Below are positions 20,539 through 30,510 of a DNA stretch of 59,325 bases, piece after piece; positions within the stretch are counted from its first letter, which is position 1, and each line of letters opens with the position of its first letter. The DNA is from Candidatus Micrarchaeota archaeon (GTDB lineage: Archaea > Micrarchaeota > Micrarchaeia > Norongarragalinales > Norongarragalinaceae). The position numbers and the translations under genes are program-made. The notes under the pieces were generated by a model. The model had not been told where the DNA came from. It did not search any database and saw only the letters and a program-made list of their open reading frames with translations. Where the stretch lies: the NCBI GenBank assembly GCA_016212375.1, contig JACRGH010000052.1, forward strand, positions 1 to 59,325. Direction: 5' to 3'.

Positions 20539-21399
20539 CTAATACGACGCCTCGATGTACGCGCCCACGCCCAACAACACGAACGAGAGGACCAGCAACA
20601 AAAGCACTTCAAGAAATACGTGGAAGAACAAATCCGGTTTGGAAAAGCCGCGTTTCATGAATTCCATGGAAAACAGGCCGCCGGCGATGCTGGCAAGGAA
20701 GTACGCCGACATCTCGAAGATGCCGTGGGGCAACAAGTTCAGAAAACCGATGGCAGCGCCCATGATGCCCATCTGATGCACCTGGCCGCCGATGACCACG
20801 CCGATGATGGAGGCGTTCCACAATAAAAGATAAATCGAGCCGATGCCGTACACCAGTGAAAACAAAAGCATCAGGCCCATCACTTGCAGGTTATGCTCCA
20901 GAAGGAACCAAAACGTGCCTTCTTTGGCCCCCAGGCCGATGTTGACGACCTGTCCTTGGATGGCGGATACGGAGCCGCGGATGAAGCTGACTTCCTTGAG
21001 CTGGTCGGCAAACAACGCATTGGAGCCCGGAAGTTGGCGGCCCATGAACTCAAACGAATCCGGGGGCAAAATGGCGAACCAAAACGTGTATGCCAATGCC
21101 GACCCGATGAAAAAAAAGGCGAATACTTCCCATAAATCGATGTTGTGGCTGAACAGGCGGAGTTTGCCGGTTCCTTTTTTCCAGGCATCCACTTCGGATT
21201 CCTCCAATTCCTCCTCGCGCATCAGCACCATCCAGACCAACGGGATCAGGGGGACCATGGCGAAAACGATGATGGAGCCTTGGATGGGTAAGTACATCTC
21301 GACAAAGACGCCGAAGGAGACGAAGACGAACGTCGCCAGTATCAGGGACCACGGCTCCTTGGTGGCTTGCGTTGGGGACACTAAAAAGTCCAAGACCAT
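20539..21399 (-). CDS. SpoIIM-like polytopic membrane protein
   Basis: HNLQV; WNASIIG; LPHGIFEM; GAYIEA. Confidence 0.85.
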   Translation of the reverse strand: MVLDFLVSPTQATKEPWSLILATFVFVSFGVFVEMYLPIQGSIIVFAMVPLIPLVWMVLMREEELEESEVDAWKKGTGKLRLFSHNIDLWEVFAFFFIGSALAYTFWFAILPPDSFEFMGRQLPGSNALFADQLKEVSFIRGSVSAIQGQVVNIGLGAKEGTFWFLLEHNLQVMGLMLLFSLVYGIGSIYLLLWNASIIGVVIGGQVHQMGIMGAAIGFLNLLPHGIFEMSAYFLASIAGGLFSMEFMKRGFSKPDLFFHVFLEVLLLLVLSFVLLGVGAYIEASY

Positions 21400-21461
21400 A
21401 AGGGGACTAAGCAAGCGCCGATTAATAAAGGAGCCAAGACGGAAAGAAAAAAAATCCAGGA

Positions 21462-22967
21462 TTACCGGAATCGCACCATCGCCAAAGACAGCAACAGCAC
21501 CAGGCCCAACAACAGCCCGTCATATCGGCGTGCCACGACCATTCCATCGGACGGGGGTTTGCCGACGGTGACCACCGAATCGGCAAATGCCGCGGAAAGT
21601 CCGTCAGCGCCTGGAAAGCGGGCCAGAATCCGGTACGCGCCCGGTTGGTCGAACGTAAGGGCGGAATAGGCAAAACCGTCGGAATCCGTGAAAAGGTCCT
21701 CGCGGTTTCCGGCGGATTCCAGGACCAGCGGTTGACCGGAAAGGGGGTCACCAAAAAAGTTGCGCAAGGATAGACGGACTGGAACCGTTTGGAAAGGATG
21801 CACGAAATTGGGAGTGGCCCGGATGGCCAATCGGACCGAGGCGTGACCCGAGACATTCACGGAAAACCCAATGGCATCCCCGAATACGTCGTAAGCCGTG
21901 ACGGTCCAGCGATGCGTATTTGCGGACGTGCGGGAATCCAAGGATTGCTCAGCACGGATGGCCCATGAAAAGTTTTTTGCCGCGAACTTTTCCACCCGGT
22001 CGGATGCACGGTCATCCGGCGTCAGGAAAAACGTCGAATCGTTTGCAAGTGTCCAAACCGACCAGGCATCCGCGGAATCCGAGCGGATCTCAAAATCCAG
22101 ATACCGGCGCCTACCCCGGATTGACCCGTCCAAACTCGACGACACCCGATACGACGTCGTATTGGAAAACAAGTAGGCCTGAAGATTGGGCAAAAATACG
22201 CTGTAATTTGAAATCCAGGGGTTCAAAAAAACGGTTCGATTCACCGGATGGACTATCGGGGCGACAACAGTCGAGGAGGTTGCAACATACGGATAATCCA
22301 ATACGCGATGCGTGGTTTCCACCCAGGTCTGAATGTTGCAACTGCCCCAAAAACAGGCGGTACGGCACATCCGGATTTCATCATCGGTGTAATAATGGAG
22401 CGTCAGATTGCCATCCAGCCATACGGACAGCGGCTTTTTGGACGAAGAAAGCTCGGATACCGACCAACCCACGCTTACCGGGCTTTTTTTCACTTCCACC
22501 GACCGCACGCCCCCGTCCGAGAGGGAGTGAAGCCAAAATCGCCCCGACGTCCCGGACAACACCATGCGCGTGCGGTTCGCACCGCAACTATAACCCAAGG
22601 CCCGGTCCCAATCGTAATTGGATTGGGCATCATAGGTCCAGCCCCACAACACCGAGGTGGGATGGATGGCCGAAATCGTTTGGTCAACAGACGGATAGAC
22701 CGAATGGAGCGACACGGTGAATGAGCGAAGCGGGCTGTCCTTTGGGCGATTGCCTTCCAAGGGCAACCGGACGCCTAAAAGTTTCAAACCAAGTGCGTCA
22801 TTGTGTTCCGCAACCTGCGCATGCGGCGGATCCGGATAGAATCCGGAGGAAAAAGGTAGTGCCAAAAAAAGGATTAAAAAGAAAAGCGTACGGGAATTTT
22901 GGAACGGCCGGCATTGGGAAGCGGCACGATTGGATATGCCGGAAAAAAAGCCAACCAAATCCATCAC
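21462..22967 (-). CDS. Extracellular protein with N-terminal signal/TM, Ig-like (Big_1-like) domain and C-terminal TM anchor
   Basis: GDPLSGQPL...TDSDGFA...PGAYRILARFPG; overlaps upstream gene (ATGA). Confidence 0.7.
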   Translation of the reverse strand: MMDLVGFFSGISNRAASQCRPFQNSRTLFFLILFLALPFSSGFYPDPPHAQVAEHNDALGLKLLGVRLPLEGNRPKDSPLRSFTVSLHSVYPSVDQTISAIHPTSVLWGWTYDAQSNYDWDRALGYSCGANRTRMVLSGTSGRFWLHSLSDGGVRSVEVKKSPVSVGWSVSELSSSKKPLSVWLDGNLTLHYYTDDEIRMCRTACFWGSCNIQTWVETTHRVLDYPYVATSSTVVAPIVHPVNRTVFLNPWISNYSVFLPNLQAYLFSNTTSYRVSSSLDGSIRGRRRYLDFEIRSDSADAWSVWTLANDSTFFLTPDDRASDRVEKFAAKNFSWAIRAEQSLDSRTSANTHRWTVTAYDVFGDAIGFSVNVSGHASVRLAIRATPNFVHPFQTVPVRLSLRNFFGDPLSGQPLVLESAGNREDLFTDSDGFAYSALTFDQPGAYRILARFPGADGLSAAFADSVVTVGKPPSDGMVVARRYDGLLLGLVLLLSLAMVRFR

Positions 22968-24958
22968 CGCCGAGCCCGCGCTTTATTTGCCATGTATTTT
23001 TCAAGTTCGCATAAATCCATCGCCGACTTGACCCCGATGATCCGCACCCGGCCCACGGGCCCGTCCGCGTCCAAATTAAAACGGCACCCATACCCGTGGC
23101 ACGTATATCGGTTTTTTTTCCGCGTAAAGCGCCAACCGGCCAAAGTCAGCGCATCCGCAACGTGGCGGTTGAAAAAAGCGGCCTTGGCATCGGCCTTGGT
23201 TGCAAACCAGCCAACGGGGGCGGACAGGCCGCGTTCGACGTAAAGAAAGCCAGAGTCTTGCGCCTGCAACAAAAACAACCGGGCCGCATCCTCGGTCAGA
23301 ACCAACGTCGGATCACCCAGTACCGAGATGACGCCGGAACAAAATTCGGTAATATGAAGCGGCATACGCGTCCAACCGAAACGGGCGTTGGTGGATTCAA
23401 AAACCAAGTCCAATTTTTGCACATCCAAGGGGATTTTATGCGAACGGGGTGGAGCGGATGCCAACAAACGGATGCGCAACGGCCGGCTCCGCGCCATATG
23501 CCACGCGCCCAAAAAAAGCAACAGTCCGGATGCGGCCAACATCCGGTCGGGCCATGTGGACAAAAAGGAGGATTGCACCTCATAATCCAACGGCACGCGG
23601 ATTCCATCCCCTAAGTCCAAAAAGCCGCGGTTGGCGCCGGAGGCCATATCCGGATCCGGCAATTTGAAATTACCCTCGGAATCCGCATACACCGTCTGGT
23701 TTTTCCAAATGAGTTTCGCACCCCCCGCAGAATGCGCGCCTTGCCAAAGGCGGCCGTAAACGGTTTTGGACGCCCCATCGACGTACCGCACCTCCACACG
23801 GTAGGCGTAAACCTCCAATGCCGAATACGCATTGACTCGGTCCGACCCCATGACTTCCAAAACATACATGCCCGGAGCAAGGGGACCAGGCACGGGTTGG
23901 GAGTGCCAAAACGGCCCAACCGGGAATACACCCAACGGCATCCGTGCCACCTCTTGGCTAGTGTTGGACATAAAAAGCGAGAATGACGCGGCGGTTGTCA
24001 GGTTCGCCAACACGGACACGAAAAGGGTTCGATTGAAGGGCATCCGGCTTGGATGGACCACGCGTAACGCGGGCATGGAAAGGGCGACCGAATGCCGGGT
24101 CCGGCGTCCGGCCGAATCGCGTATCCAAAGCACGGCATGGCTGGGCGTTCCGGAAAAGGCAGGTGAAAAAATAGTCCGGATGCCGGACACGTTGCCTGAA
24201 AAGAAAACTCGTTGCAGCCAGGACGCGTTAAGATACATATCGGAAAAAACACGGGCCGCAACTTCCGCATCGGCAAAGGAAACATCCAAAAGGCCAGGAT
24301 GGACGGCCAAATATCCGCGGCCTCGCTGGAAAACCTGCCATCCGTCCATCCGACGTAGCGTACCGTTGCGTGCGACCAGCCGGTAATCGGAAAGCCCGTC
24401 GCCGGTTTTTTCAAACCCAAGTCCCAAACCTGCGCTTTGGATGTTCCAATCCGGATTGTCAACCAGGCGGCCATCATGGCGCACCATTGAAAAAGGCAAA
24501 CCGGAATACAGGACGACCCATCCACGGTCCAACAATCGGGAAAGCAGTCCATCACGCAGGAGACCGGATGGAATGGCCGACGCGACCACGACCAGCACGG
24601 ACGGATCCATTGCATCCAACCGGACAAGCGTGCGGGCATCCACCTCGCCGGATGGAATGGATTCATTGGAAAGCAGACCGGCCAATGATTTGGAAAAACG
24701 ACCGAAACCGTTTTGGTCCGAATCGTTGAATACCAACACGTTAGAGGGCGACGGATGCGAAAAAAGGGTGCCCTGGACGTCGGCCGTTCCGCTTGCATTA
24801 ACGACAAAAAATGCGACGGTTGCGTTGCCATCCACCCAGGCTATGCCAGACTTTTCCAAATCGGCCGTTCCGGGCGTTTGCACGACATGCACGGGCTGCA
24901 CGAAAAACCATAGGCCGACGAGTACCAAGCCCACAGCCAACAATACCACTCGCCGCAT
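22964..24958 (-). CDS. Large membrane-anchored protein of the VirB4-like operon
   Basis: N-terminal TM, beta-rich extracellular part, second TM, cytoplasmic tail; translationally coupled on both sides. Confidence 0.7.
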   Translation of the reverse strand: MRRVVLLAVGLVLVGLWFFVQPVHVVQTPGTADLEKSGIAWVDGNATVAFFVVNASGTADVQGTLFSHPSPSNVLVFNDSDQNGFGRFSKSLAGLLSNESIPSGEVDARTLVRLDAMDPSVLVVVASAIPSGLLRDGLLSRLLDRGWVVLYSGLPFSMVRHDGRLVDNPDWNIQSAGLGLGFEKTGDGLSDYRLVARNGTLRRMDGWQVFQRGRGYLAVHPGLLDVSFADAEVAARVFSDMYLNASWLQRVFFSGNVSGIRTIFSPAFSGTPSHAVLWIRDSAGRRTRHSVALSMPALRVVHPSRMPFNRTLFVSVLANLTTAASFSLFMSNTSQEVARMPLGVFPVGPFWHSQPVPGPLAPGMYVLEVMGSDRVNAYSALEVYAYRVEVRYVDGASKTVYGRLWQGAHSAGGAKLIWKNQTVYADSEGNFKLPDPDMASGANRGFLDLGDGIRVPLDYEVQSSFLSTWPDRMLAASGLLLFLGAWHMARSRPLRIRLLASAPPRSHKIPLDVQKLDLVFESTNARFGWTRMPLHITEFCSGVISVLGDPTLVLTEDAARLFLLQAQDSGFLYVERGLSAPVGWFATKADAKAAFFNRHVADALTLAGWRFTRKKNRYTCHGYGCRFNLDADGPVGRVRIIGVKSAMDLCELEKYMANKARARR

Positions 24959-26490
24959 CAGGGGACCAACACCAATTCGGCCAACCGTTTGCCGGACGGA
25001 AGCGAGAGTGCAAAAAGGCCGGCCATGGCGTGCGCCACTTGGTCATCGGGCAGTCCGGCGGTTTTGAATTTCTGCCGGATGGCCTCGCGCGATAAACCGC
25101 ATTCCTGCAATGCTTGGGCAAAATGGGCGGCGTCCACCACATGGTTGCGTCGGTTCAAAAATGAATCCAACACGGCCAATCGATCCTCCCCGACACCGTC
25201 CGCACGCAATCCGTCGAATACCGCACTTTTTTCCAACGCCCATTCCATACCGGTTCCCTCCAACACGATCCACTGCAACAGCCCTTCCCCGTCCACGCGC
25301 TCAAGGAAAAACAAATCCGAGCGGGCGTGGTCCGCCCACTGCAACGCAACGGCGCATTGCCCTTGGCGCAACTGGGCCAAATCGTTCCGGACGTCCGGGC
25401 CAAAACGCAACGAGCGCTGCAAATAATCCAGCGAATCGGAAAAGGGCGTGCGGAATACGAACAACGAGCCCACGTTGGAAAAAATCACCGGACTCAAGTC
25501 AGTCGGGTTCTGCGACGCGACCATTAGACCGAACGCGTATTTGCGGCCCTCCCGGACAATGGCGACCGGATCACCGTCTTCCTGGCAGATTTTCCACGCT
25601 TCATCCATGACCACCATCAAATCCAAGTTCCGTCCCTCGCATGGTCCCCGGGCCCGCATGGCCTCCCGCACGAACTGCACGATGCAAAGCCCGGCTAACG
25701 AACGCATCGATTCGCTGGGCAGCCCGCTTAAATCGACGCAGGACAAACCGGATTTCAACAAGGCATCCAGCCGGAACGACGTGGGGCGCGCGAAAAAATC
25801 GGCACCAGGCAAGCATAAGGGGCGCAACAGATGGTAGGCGCTTTGGACCACGGAACGCTCAGAAAGGTTTTGTTTTTTAGCCTGTAGTTTGAGCCACGCC
25901 AGGACATCCAGCAAGGTGGGCGCGCGCCGTGACGAGCGCTGGGAGGGGGAAAAACGGCCAAGCGCATAGGCCATTTCCACGGCCAGGCGGACCCATTGGC
26001 GCTCTTTTGGAAAATCCTTCAAATCGGTCAACAGACGCAAGGAATCCACCACTTGCGAGGTGCGCATGGACGGGCTCATGCCGCCCAAATCCAGCAGGTT
26101 CAACGACTCGGGGCCCAATCGGACCACCATGCCGCCGGACTGCCGCACCCACGGCACGTATTCGCCGGACCAATCGATGATAAGCGCCCGCGTGCCAAAG
26201 GAGACATTGGCCCGAGTCAAGAACGTCTTGACGAAAAAACTCTTCCCCGAACCGGACATGCCGATGACGGCGATATGCGGATTGGACAGCGGCGAGAACG
26301 ACCAGGAAAACGGCACGGCCCAATGGCGGGTCCGGGCCACGCGAACGCCGGCGCCATCCGTCGGCATGAGCCAATCGGCTTTGGGTTGCGGCGGGCGCAC
26401 GAAAATAGGCCGACTACGCAGGGACCCTGATAAAAGTGGCGCCGATTGGTCCATACCCAATAGACGTTCAATGACGGCCAACAAATCCAA
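24958..26490 (-). CDS. VirB4/HerA/CedB-like ATPase
   Basis: NPHIAVIGMSGSGKS; IIDWSGEY; VVMDEAW; REGRKYAFGLMVASQ. Start TTG 26490 or ATG 26454. Confidence 0.88.
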   Translation of the reverse strand: MDLLAVIERLLGMDQSAPLLSGSLRSRPIFVRPPQPKADWLMPTDGAGVRVARTRHWAVPFSWSFSPLSNPHIAVIGMSGSGKSFFVKTFLTRANVSFGTRALIIDWSGEYVPWVRQSGGMVVRLGPESLNLLDLGGMSPSMRTSQVVDSLRLLTDLKDFPKERQWVRLAVEMAYALGRFSPSQRSSRRAPTLLDVLAWLKLQAKKQNLSERSVVQSAYHLLRPLCLPGADFFARPTSFRLDALLKSGLSCVDLSGLPSESMRSLAGLCIVQFVREAMRARGPCEGRNLDLMVVMDEAWKICQEDGDPVAIVREGRKYAFGLMVASQNPTDLSPVIFSNVGSLFVFRTPFSDSLDYLQRSLRFGPDVRNDLAQLRQGQCAVALQWADHARSDLFFLERVDGEGLLQWIVLEGTGMEWALEKSAVFDGLRADGVGEDRLAVLDSFLNRRNHVVDAAHFAQALQECGLSREAIRQKFKTAGLPDDQVAHAMAGLFALSLPSGKRLAELVLVP

Positions 26491-26545
26491 CACCCCTTTT
26501 TTTAGTTGCCAACAAGGCCCACCCGTCCTATCGTGCGTCCATCGA

Positions 26546-27337
26546 CTATGCGGACCCCAATCCGTCGCGTGCGATGGCCACTTTCCAATCCAGGCATCGG
26601 CGCAGCGCATCCCCATCCAGCGGCCGGACCTGGGCATTGAGCGCATGCGAAAGAACGGCACGGAGTTCGCGGGCCTGCAAGCGGGCGGACTCCGCGGCTT
26701 GCTCATGCGTTGGCCCGGCGGCCGTGGTTGAGACGTAATACACCGCATCCAACGGACGCTGGCCCGCCGACAATTGGTTGAGCACGCGGGTGGCCATCGC
26801 TTTTTTCCGTTCGGCCGACGCAAGGGCCGAAGCGTCAGGCGTTGGCGATTGTTTGATGCGGCTGATGGAAAGCTCCGCCTCCAGTCGCTGCGTCAATACC
26901 GATTCCCGGTATTTTTCCAAATCAATCGGATACACCAGCAAACCGAATTGGGCGGGAAAGGACAGGCCGCAAAGGGCCTTTTCAAACGCCGCGCCATAGG
27001 AAACAGATGCTTCCGCCGGATGGCGCGACGGTGAAAAATGCACGTCGACGTCGAGATATGCCGAGGCTAAATATCGGTCGCCGTCGTGCAGGACGGCCAC
27101 GTCGCGGTCCAGGACCCAACCGCCGCGGGTCTCGACCACCGAAAGGCCCTTGAGAAAATAAGGCAATAGGACGCCGCCGAAGCGCTGGATGACCACTGAC
27201 AAACACAACAAAACGGCGGACAAACCGATGAGCCATGCATTGGCCAGGACCAAGGAGAAGACCAGAGCGATCAGACCGCCGCCCAAGCTTATCAAAACGG
27301 CCTGGCGTGCGTTCAAATCCAAAACACCATAACCCAT
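26546..27337 (-). CDS. Membrane protein with two N-terminal TM helices and a coiled coil (VirB3 / VirB4 N-terminal-like)
   Basis: Hydropathy pattern; position directly upstream of the ATPase. Confidence 0.6.
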   Translation of the reverse strand: MGYGVLDLNARQAVLISLGGGLIALVFSLVLANAWLIGLSAVLLCLSVVIQRFGGVLLPYFLKGLSVVETRGGWVLDRDVAVLHDGDRYLASAYLDVDVHFSPSRHPAEASVSYGAAFEKALCGLSFPAQFGLLVYPIDLEKYRESVLTQRLEAELSISRIKQSPTPDASALASAERKKAMATRVLNQLSAGQRPLDAVYYVSTTAAGPTHEQAAESARLQARELRAVLSHALNAQVRPLDGDALRRCLDWKVAIARDGLGSA

Positions 27338-27347
27338 TACGAATAAT

Positions 27348-28283
27348 TCAACTCCAAAGGACCACGTCGGATGCCAACACGCGGTACAACGAACGGGTGA
27401 ACAAGAAAACGACGGCTAGGTTGAACAGCGGGAAAAACGTGGTCTGGACCGTCAAATCGGCCACTAATTTGGCCAATGGGGCGATTGCGCTAAGGGCAAG
27501 GTTCCACACGCGTTGCGTAATCAGGGACGCGACAAAGGATGCTACGGCTGCCGGATTGAGAAGATCCAACGAGGAAAGGGAATATTTGGAATTGAAATCC
27601 TTCAGACTATCCAAGCGGGCATCGATGGATTCGTTGGTCTTTTCCACGGCCGCGGCATTGAACACGTACGTCAAAGGCAGGACGAAATACAGCCCGACCG
27701 CCAAGGCAATCATGAACGCGCCGACCGGCCGCGTGAGAACGAACGTGCGTAAGACCACGCCGACGGGCAAAAAATAGTACATCATCGTGGCCGAAATGAA
27801 CGTGAACAACACGCGCTGCACCTCGTTGAACAATTTGGTCCATTCCAATATCGATAGGATGAAATGCACCTCGTGCAGGGCCTCGTTCAGCCCGGCCAAT
27901 GGTTTGTCACGCACCTCCACCACCTCGGCATTGACGCCGACTTCGATTTCGCTCAGTGCGGCCACCACCAGGCCGAAAAGCGTCGTCGCACTGGAGATGG
28001 TTTCAATCCTCGAGTTGACCTCTTCCAGATAACGGTCGGCAAAAGCAATCGGTTCCTCGCCTCCGGACAACTCCGACGCAAAAGCTGAAATGCCCACCGC
28101 GGATACCAACAAGACGCCCACCAACAGTGCGGACACGACGGCTTGGAAAAATTCCGCTTTGGCCCACACCCGCAAGCCGCGCAGGTCGAAAATCGCACCC
28201 AGCGCGAAGACCATGGCAGCCAACAACATGCTGAACGTGGCGGCGGCAACCGCGATGGGTTGCCAGCCGTCGACAAAGTCCAT
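27348..28283 (-). CDS. Polytopic membrane protein (VirB6/CedA-like candidate)
   Basis: About 5-6 TM segments; WAKAEFFQ; LPVGVVLR...TRPVGAFMIALAVGLYFVLP. Confidence 0.65.
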   Translation of the reverse strand: MDFVDGWQPIAVAAATFSMLLAAMVFALGAIFDLRGLRVWAKAEFFQAVVSALLVGVLLVSAVGISAFASELSGGEEPIAFADRYLEEVNSRIETISSATTLFGLVVAALSEIEVGVNAEVVEVRDKPLAGLNEALHEVHFILSILEWTKLFNEVQRVLFTFISATMMYYFLPVGVVLRTFVLTRPVGAFMIALAVGLYFVLPLTYVFNAAAVEKTNESIDARLDSLKDFNSKYSLSSLDLLNPAAVASFVASLITQRVWNLALSAIAPLAKLVADLTVQTTFFPLFNLAVVFLFTRSLYRVLASDVVLWS

Positions 28284-28288
28284 GGGGC

Positions 28289-28528
28289 TCAGATTCCGGT
28301 GAGCCAGTTGACCAACGTCGGCGCCACGTTGCCGATGACCACGGCGATGGCGCCACCGATGCCGACGCGGTGCGCCCACGCTTTCATCCGCGCATTGACC
28401 TCATGCGAGCCGGCCATAGCGCCGAAAGCATACAGACCTCCTGCAAGAAGGATGGCAAAAAGCCCCAGCGTCGGCAACAACGTCTGCAACAAGGTCACGA
28501 GCTGATGCACCTGCGTTTCAATCCCCAT
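28289..28528 (-). CDS. Small two-helix hydrophobic protein, VirB2/TrbC/CedA1-like pilin candidate
   Basis: 79 aa; two hydrophobic helices split by a basic loop (ARMKAW); SD AGGTGG; first gene of the operon. Confidence 0.65.
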   Translation of the reverse strand: MGIETQVHQLVTLLQTLLPTLGLFAILLAGGLYAFGAMAGSHEVNARMKAWAHRVGIGGAIAVVIGNVAPTLVNWLTGI

Positions 28529-28574
28529 GATTCAAAACCACCTTGAAACCCGTTAGCGGAATTTCCGGTAAAAA

Positions 28575-28599
28575 ACCTTGGGTAGAAAAAAGTTCTACC
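28575..28599. promoter_or_regulatory. Palindromic operator GGTAGAA-N5-TTCTACC, copy 1
   Basis: 24/25 identical to 32015..32039; upstream of the pilin gene. Confidence 0.6.
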
Positions 28600-28795
28600 G
28601 AAGATTAAAAAGGGAAAAATGGCGTTTGAATCATCTACGAGGAAAAAACACAAACGAGTGAGTTGGTGAAAACCATAAAAATCCGAAAATACGCGAATTT
28701 CCGAAAAATATAAGAAATCCGAAAACTACAACACATACATGAAAACAAAAAAAAGGAAAACACTCGGAAAAAAAATACCGACCCGGACAAAACCC

Positions 28796-29047
28796 ATGTT
28801 CACCGACATCGTCAAACTGGGAAAGAAAGGCCAGATTACCCTCCCGAAGGAAATACGGGAGGATGAAGGCTACCGGGAAGGGGACGAATTCAAGCTGACA
28901 CATATGCCGGGTGGCGACGTGCTATTGCAAAAAAGAAACGGGCAGTCACCGCTGGATTGATTGTCCGAATTTCTCGATACAGTGCCCAAATTTGACTGGA
29001 GCAAGGCGTGGAAAGAAGTGGAAGAAGAACGTAACCGTGACCGATGA
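28796..29047 (+). pseudogene. vapB: AbrB/MazE-family antitoxin with in-frame TGA at 28958..28960
   Basis: KLGKKGQITLPKEIRE. The frame stays open for 28 codons after the TGA, to a stop overlapping the vapC ATG. Confidence 0.8.
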
Positions 29048-29448
29048 TGATATACGCGGTAGACACCTGGTTTATCCTGTCCATTTGGAACAAGGAGCCC
29101 AAAAGCCAGGACACGTTGAATGAAATCGGCCAAGGCAAAGCACAGTTGGTCATTTCCTACGCGGCCGTAGCGGAAGCCGCGCGGAAACTGATGCAACAAG
29201 GCAACGGATGGCAAAGTATCGAAACGCTTTGGTCAATGCTTGAATCGTTTGAAAAAATCCGGTTCGTCCAATTGGACAAGACCATCGCGCTTGAAAGTGC
29301 GCGCATCAGCATGAAGTATGGAATCCCGCTGATTGACGCCATCATCGCCGCCACGGCGAAACTTTCCGGATGCGACGTCCTTTTATCGGCGGATGAGGAC
29401 ATGGCGGTTTTGGCAAAGAAAAAATACCTCAAAGTCCAGTCGTGGTAA
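29044..29448 (+). CDS. vapC: PIN-domain VapC toxin
   Basis: VDT...AVAE...IDAIIAATA...SADED. Confidence 0.88.
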   Translation: MMIYAVDTWFILSIWNKEPKSQDTLNEIGQGKAQLVISYAAVAEAARKLMQQGNGWQSIETLWSMLESFEKIRFVQLDKTIALESARISMKYGIPLIDAIIAATAKLSGCDVLLSADEDMAVLAKKKYLKVQSW

Positions 29449-29585
29449 GATACAAAAAAAACATTTTCGCCAGCGCCACGGCAACCGCCGAACCTAAGAC
29501 TCCTTTTTAAAGAAAACGTGCCTCAAAAGCAGTTACAACCATTCCTTCCATTCAAAATATTTTTCAGCGCGAGGTGTTAATTTCC

Positions 29586-30494
29586 ATGCAGAACCCGACC
29601 GACATGCTCATTTTGGCCTTTGACCACCGCGGCTCCTTTAAGAAAAAACTCATCGGCGCGGCGGGCGAGAACCTTACGCCGGAACAGTTGCAAAAAGCCA
29701 AAGAGCTTAAGAGCATGATTTACTCAGGTTTCGAAAAAGCCATTTCCATGGGCGTGCCGAAGACAAAGGCTGGCATGTTGTTGGATGAGGAGATGGGCGA
29801 GGCCGCACTCAAGGACGCCCAATCCAAGGGCTACATGACCATTTGTCCTGCGGAGAAAAGCGGGCAGGACGAATTCGACTTTGAATACGGCGCCCAATGG
29901 AAAGAACACATCCGAAAAATCAACCCAACTTTTTTGAAAGTGCTGGTGCGCTACAACCCGGAAGCGGATGCCGAGGCTAATAAGCGCCAAGCCGCCAAAC
30001 TCAAGGAGCTGGGTGCCTTCCTTAAGTCCATTGACAAAGGCTTCCTGATTGAGCCCTTGGTGCCCGCCACAAAAGCGCAACTAGACGAAGTCGGCGGCAA
30101 CCAAGCCACCTTCGACTTGGAAATCCGGCCCAAATTAATGGTCCGCATGATGCAACAACTCCAGAATTACGGCATCACACCGGACATCTGGAAGCTGGAA
30201 GGCGTAGACCGGCCCGAAGACGCCCAAGCCTTGGTCAACCAAGCCCGTGCCGGCGGCCGAAAAGCCGGAATCGTCACGCTCGGAAGGGGCGAGTCCAAAG
30301 AAAAAGTCGCGGAATGGCTCAAAGTCGGCGCGCACATCAACGGCATCGTCGGCTTTGCCATCGGCCGCACCATTTTCATGGACGCCTTGCAGGCCTACGT
30401 AAAAGGCGCAACAACAAAAGAGCAGGCCATCGAACAAATCGCCAAGAACTACAAGGAATTCGTGGACTTGTGGCAAAGGGAGCGCAAGTCTTAA
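29586..30494 (+). CDS. Class I aldolase, DUF2090/LacD-like
   Basis: ILAFDHR; KVLVRYNP; DIWKLEG; LGRG; GFAIGRT; SD GAGGTG. Confidence 0.8.
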   Translation: MQNPTDMLILAFDHRGSFKKKLIGAAGENLTPEQLQKAKELKSMIYSGFEKAISMGVPKTKAGMLLDEEMGEAALKDAQSKGYMTICPAEKSGQDEFDFEYGAQWKEHIRKINPTFLKVLVRYNPEADAEANKRQAAKLKELGAFLKSIDKGFLIEPLVPATKAQLDEVGGNQATFDLEIRPKLMVRMMQQLQNYGITPDIWKLEGVDRPEDAQALVNQARAGGRKAGIVTLGRGESKEKVAEWLKVGAHINGIVGFAIGRTIFMDALQAYVKGATTKEQAIEQIAKNYKEFVDLWQRERKS

Positions 30495-30510
30495 GCGCAA
30501 CACGCGCTAA

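Noticed and set aside
26491-26823. N-terminal extension of the VirB4-like ATPase
   Set aside because: Overlaps the upstream gene and reads as shadow sequence.
28958-28960. Genome-wide TGA reassignment or selenocysteine
   Set aside because: Many intact genes end in TGA (corA, trpG, trpD, aroF), and the context is not a redox site.
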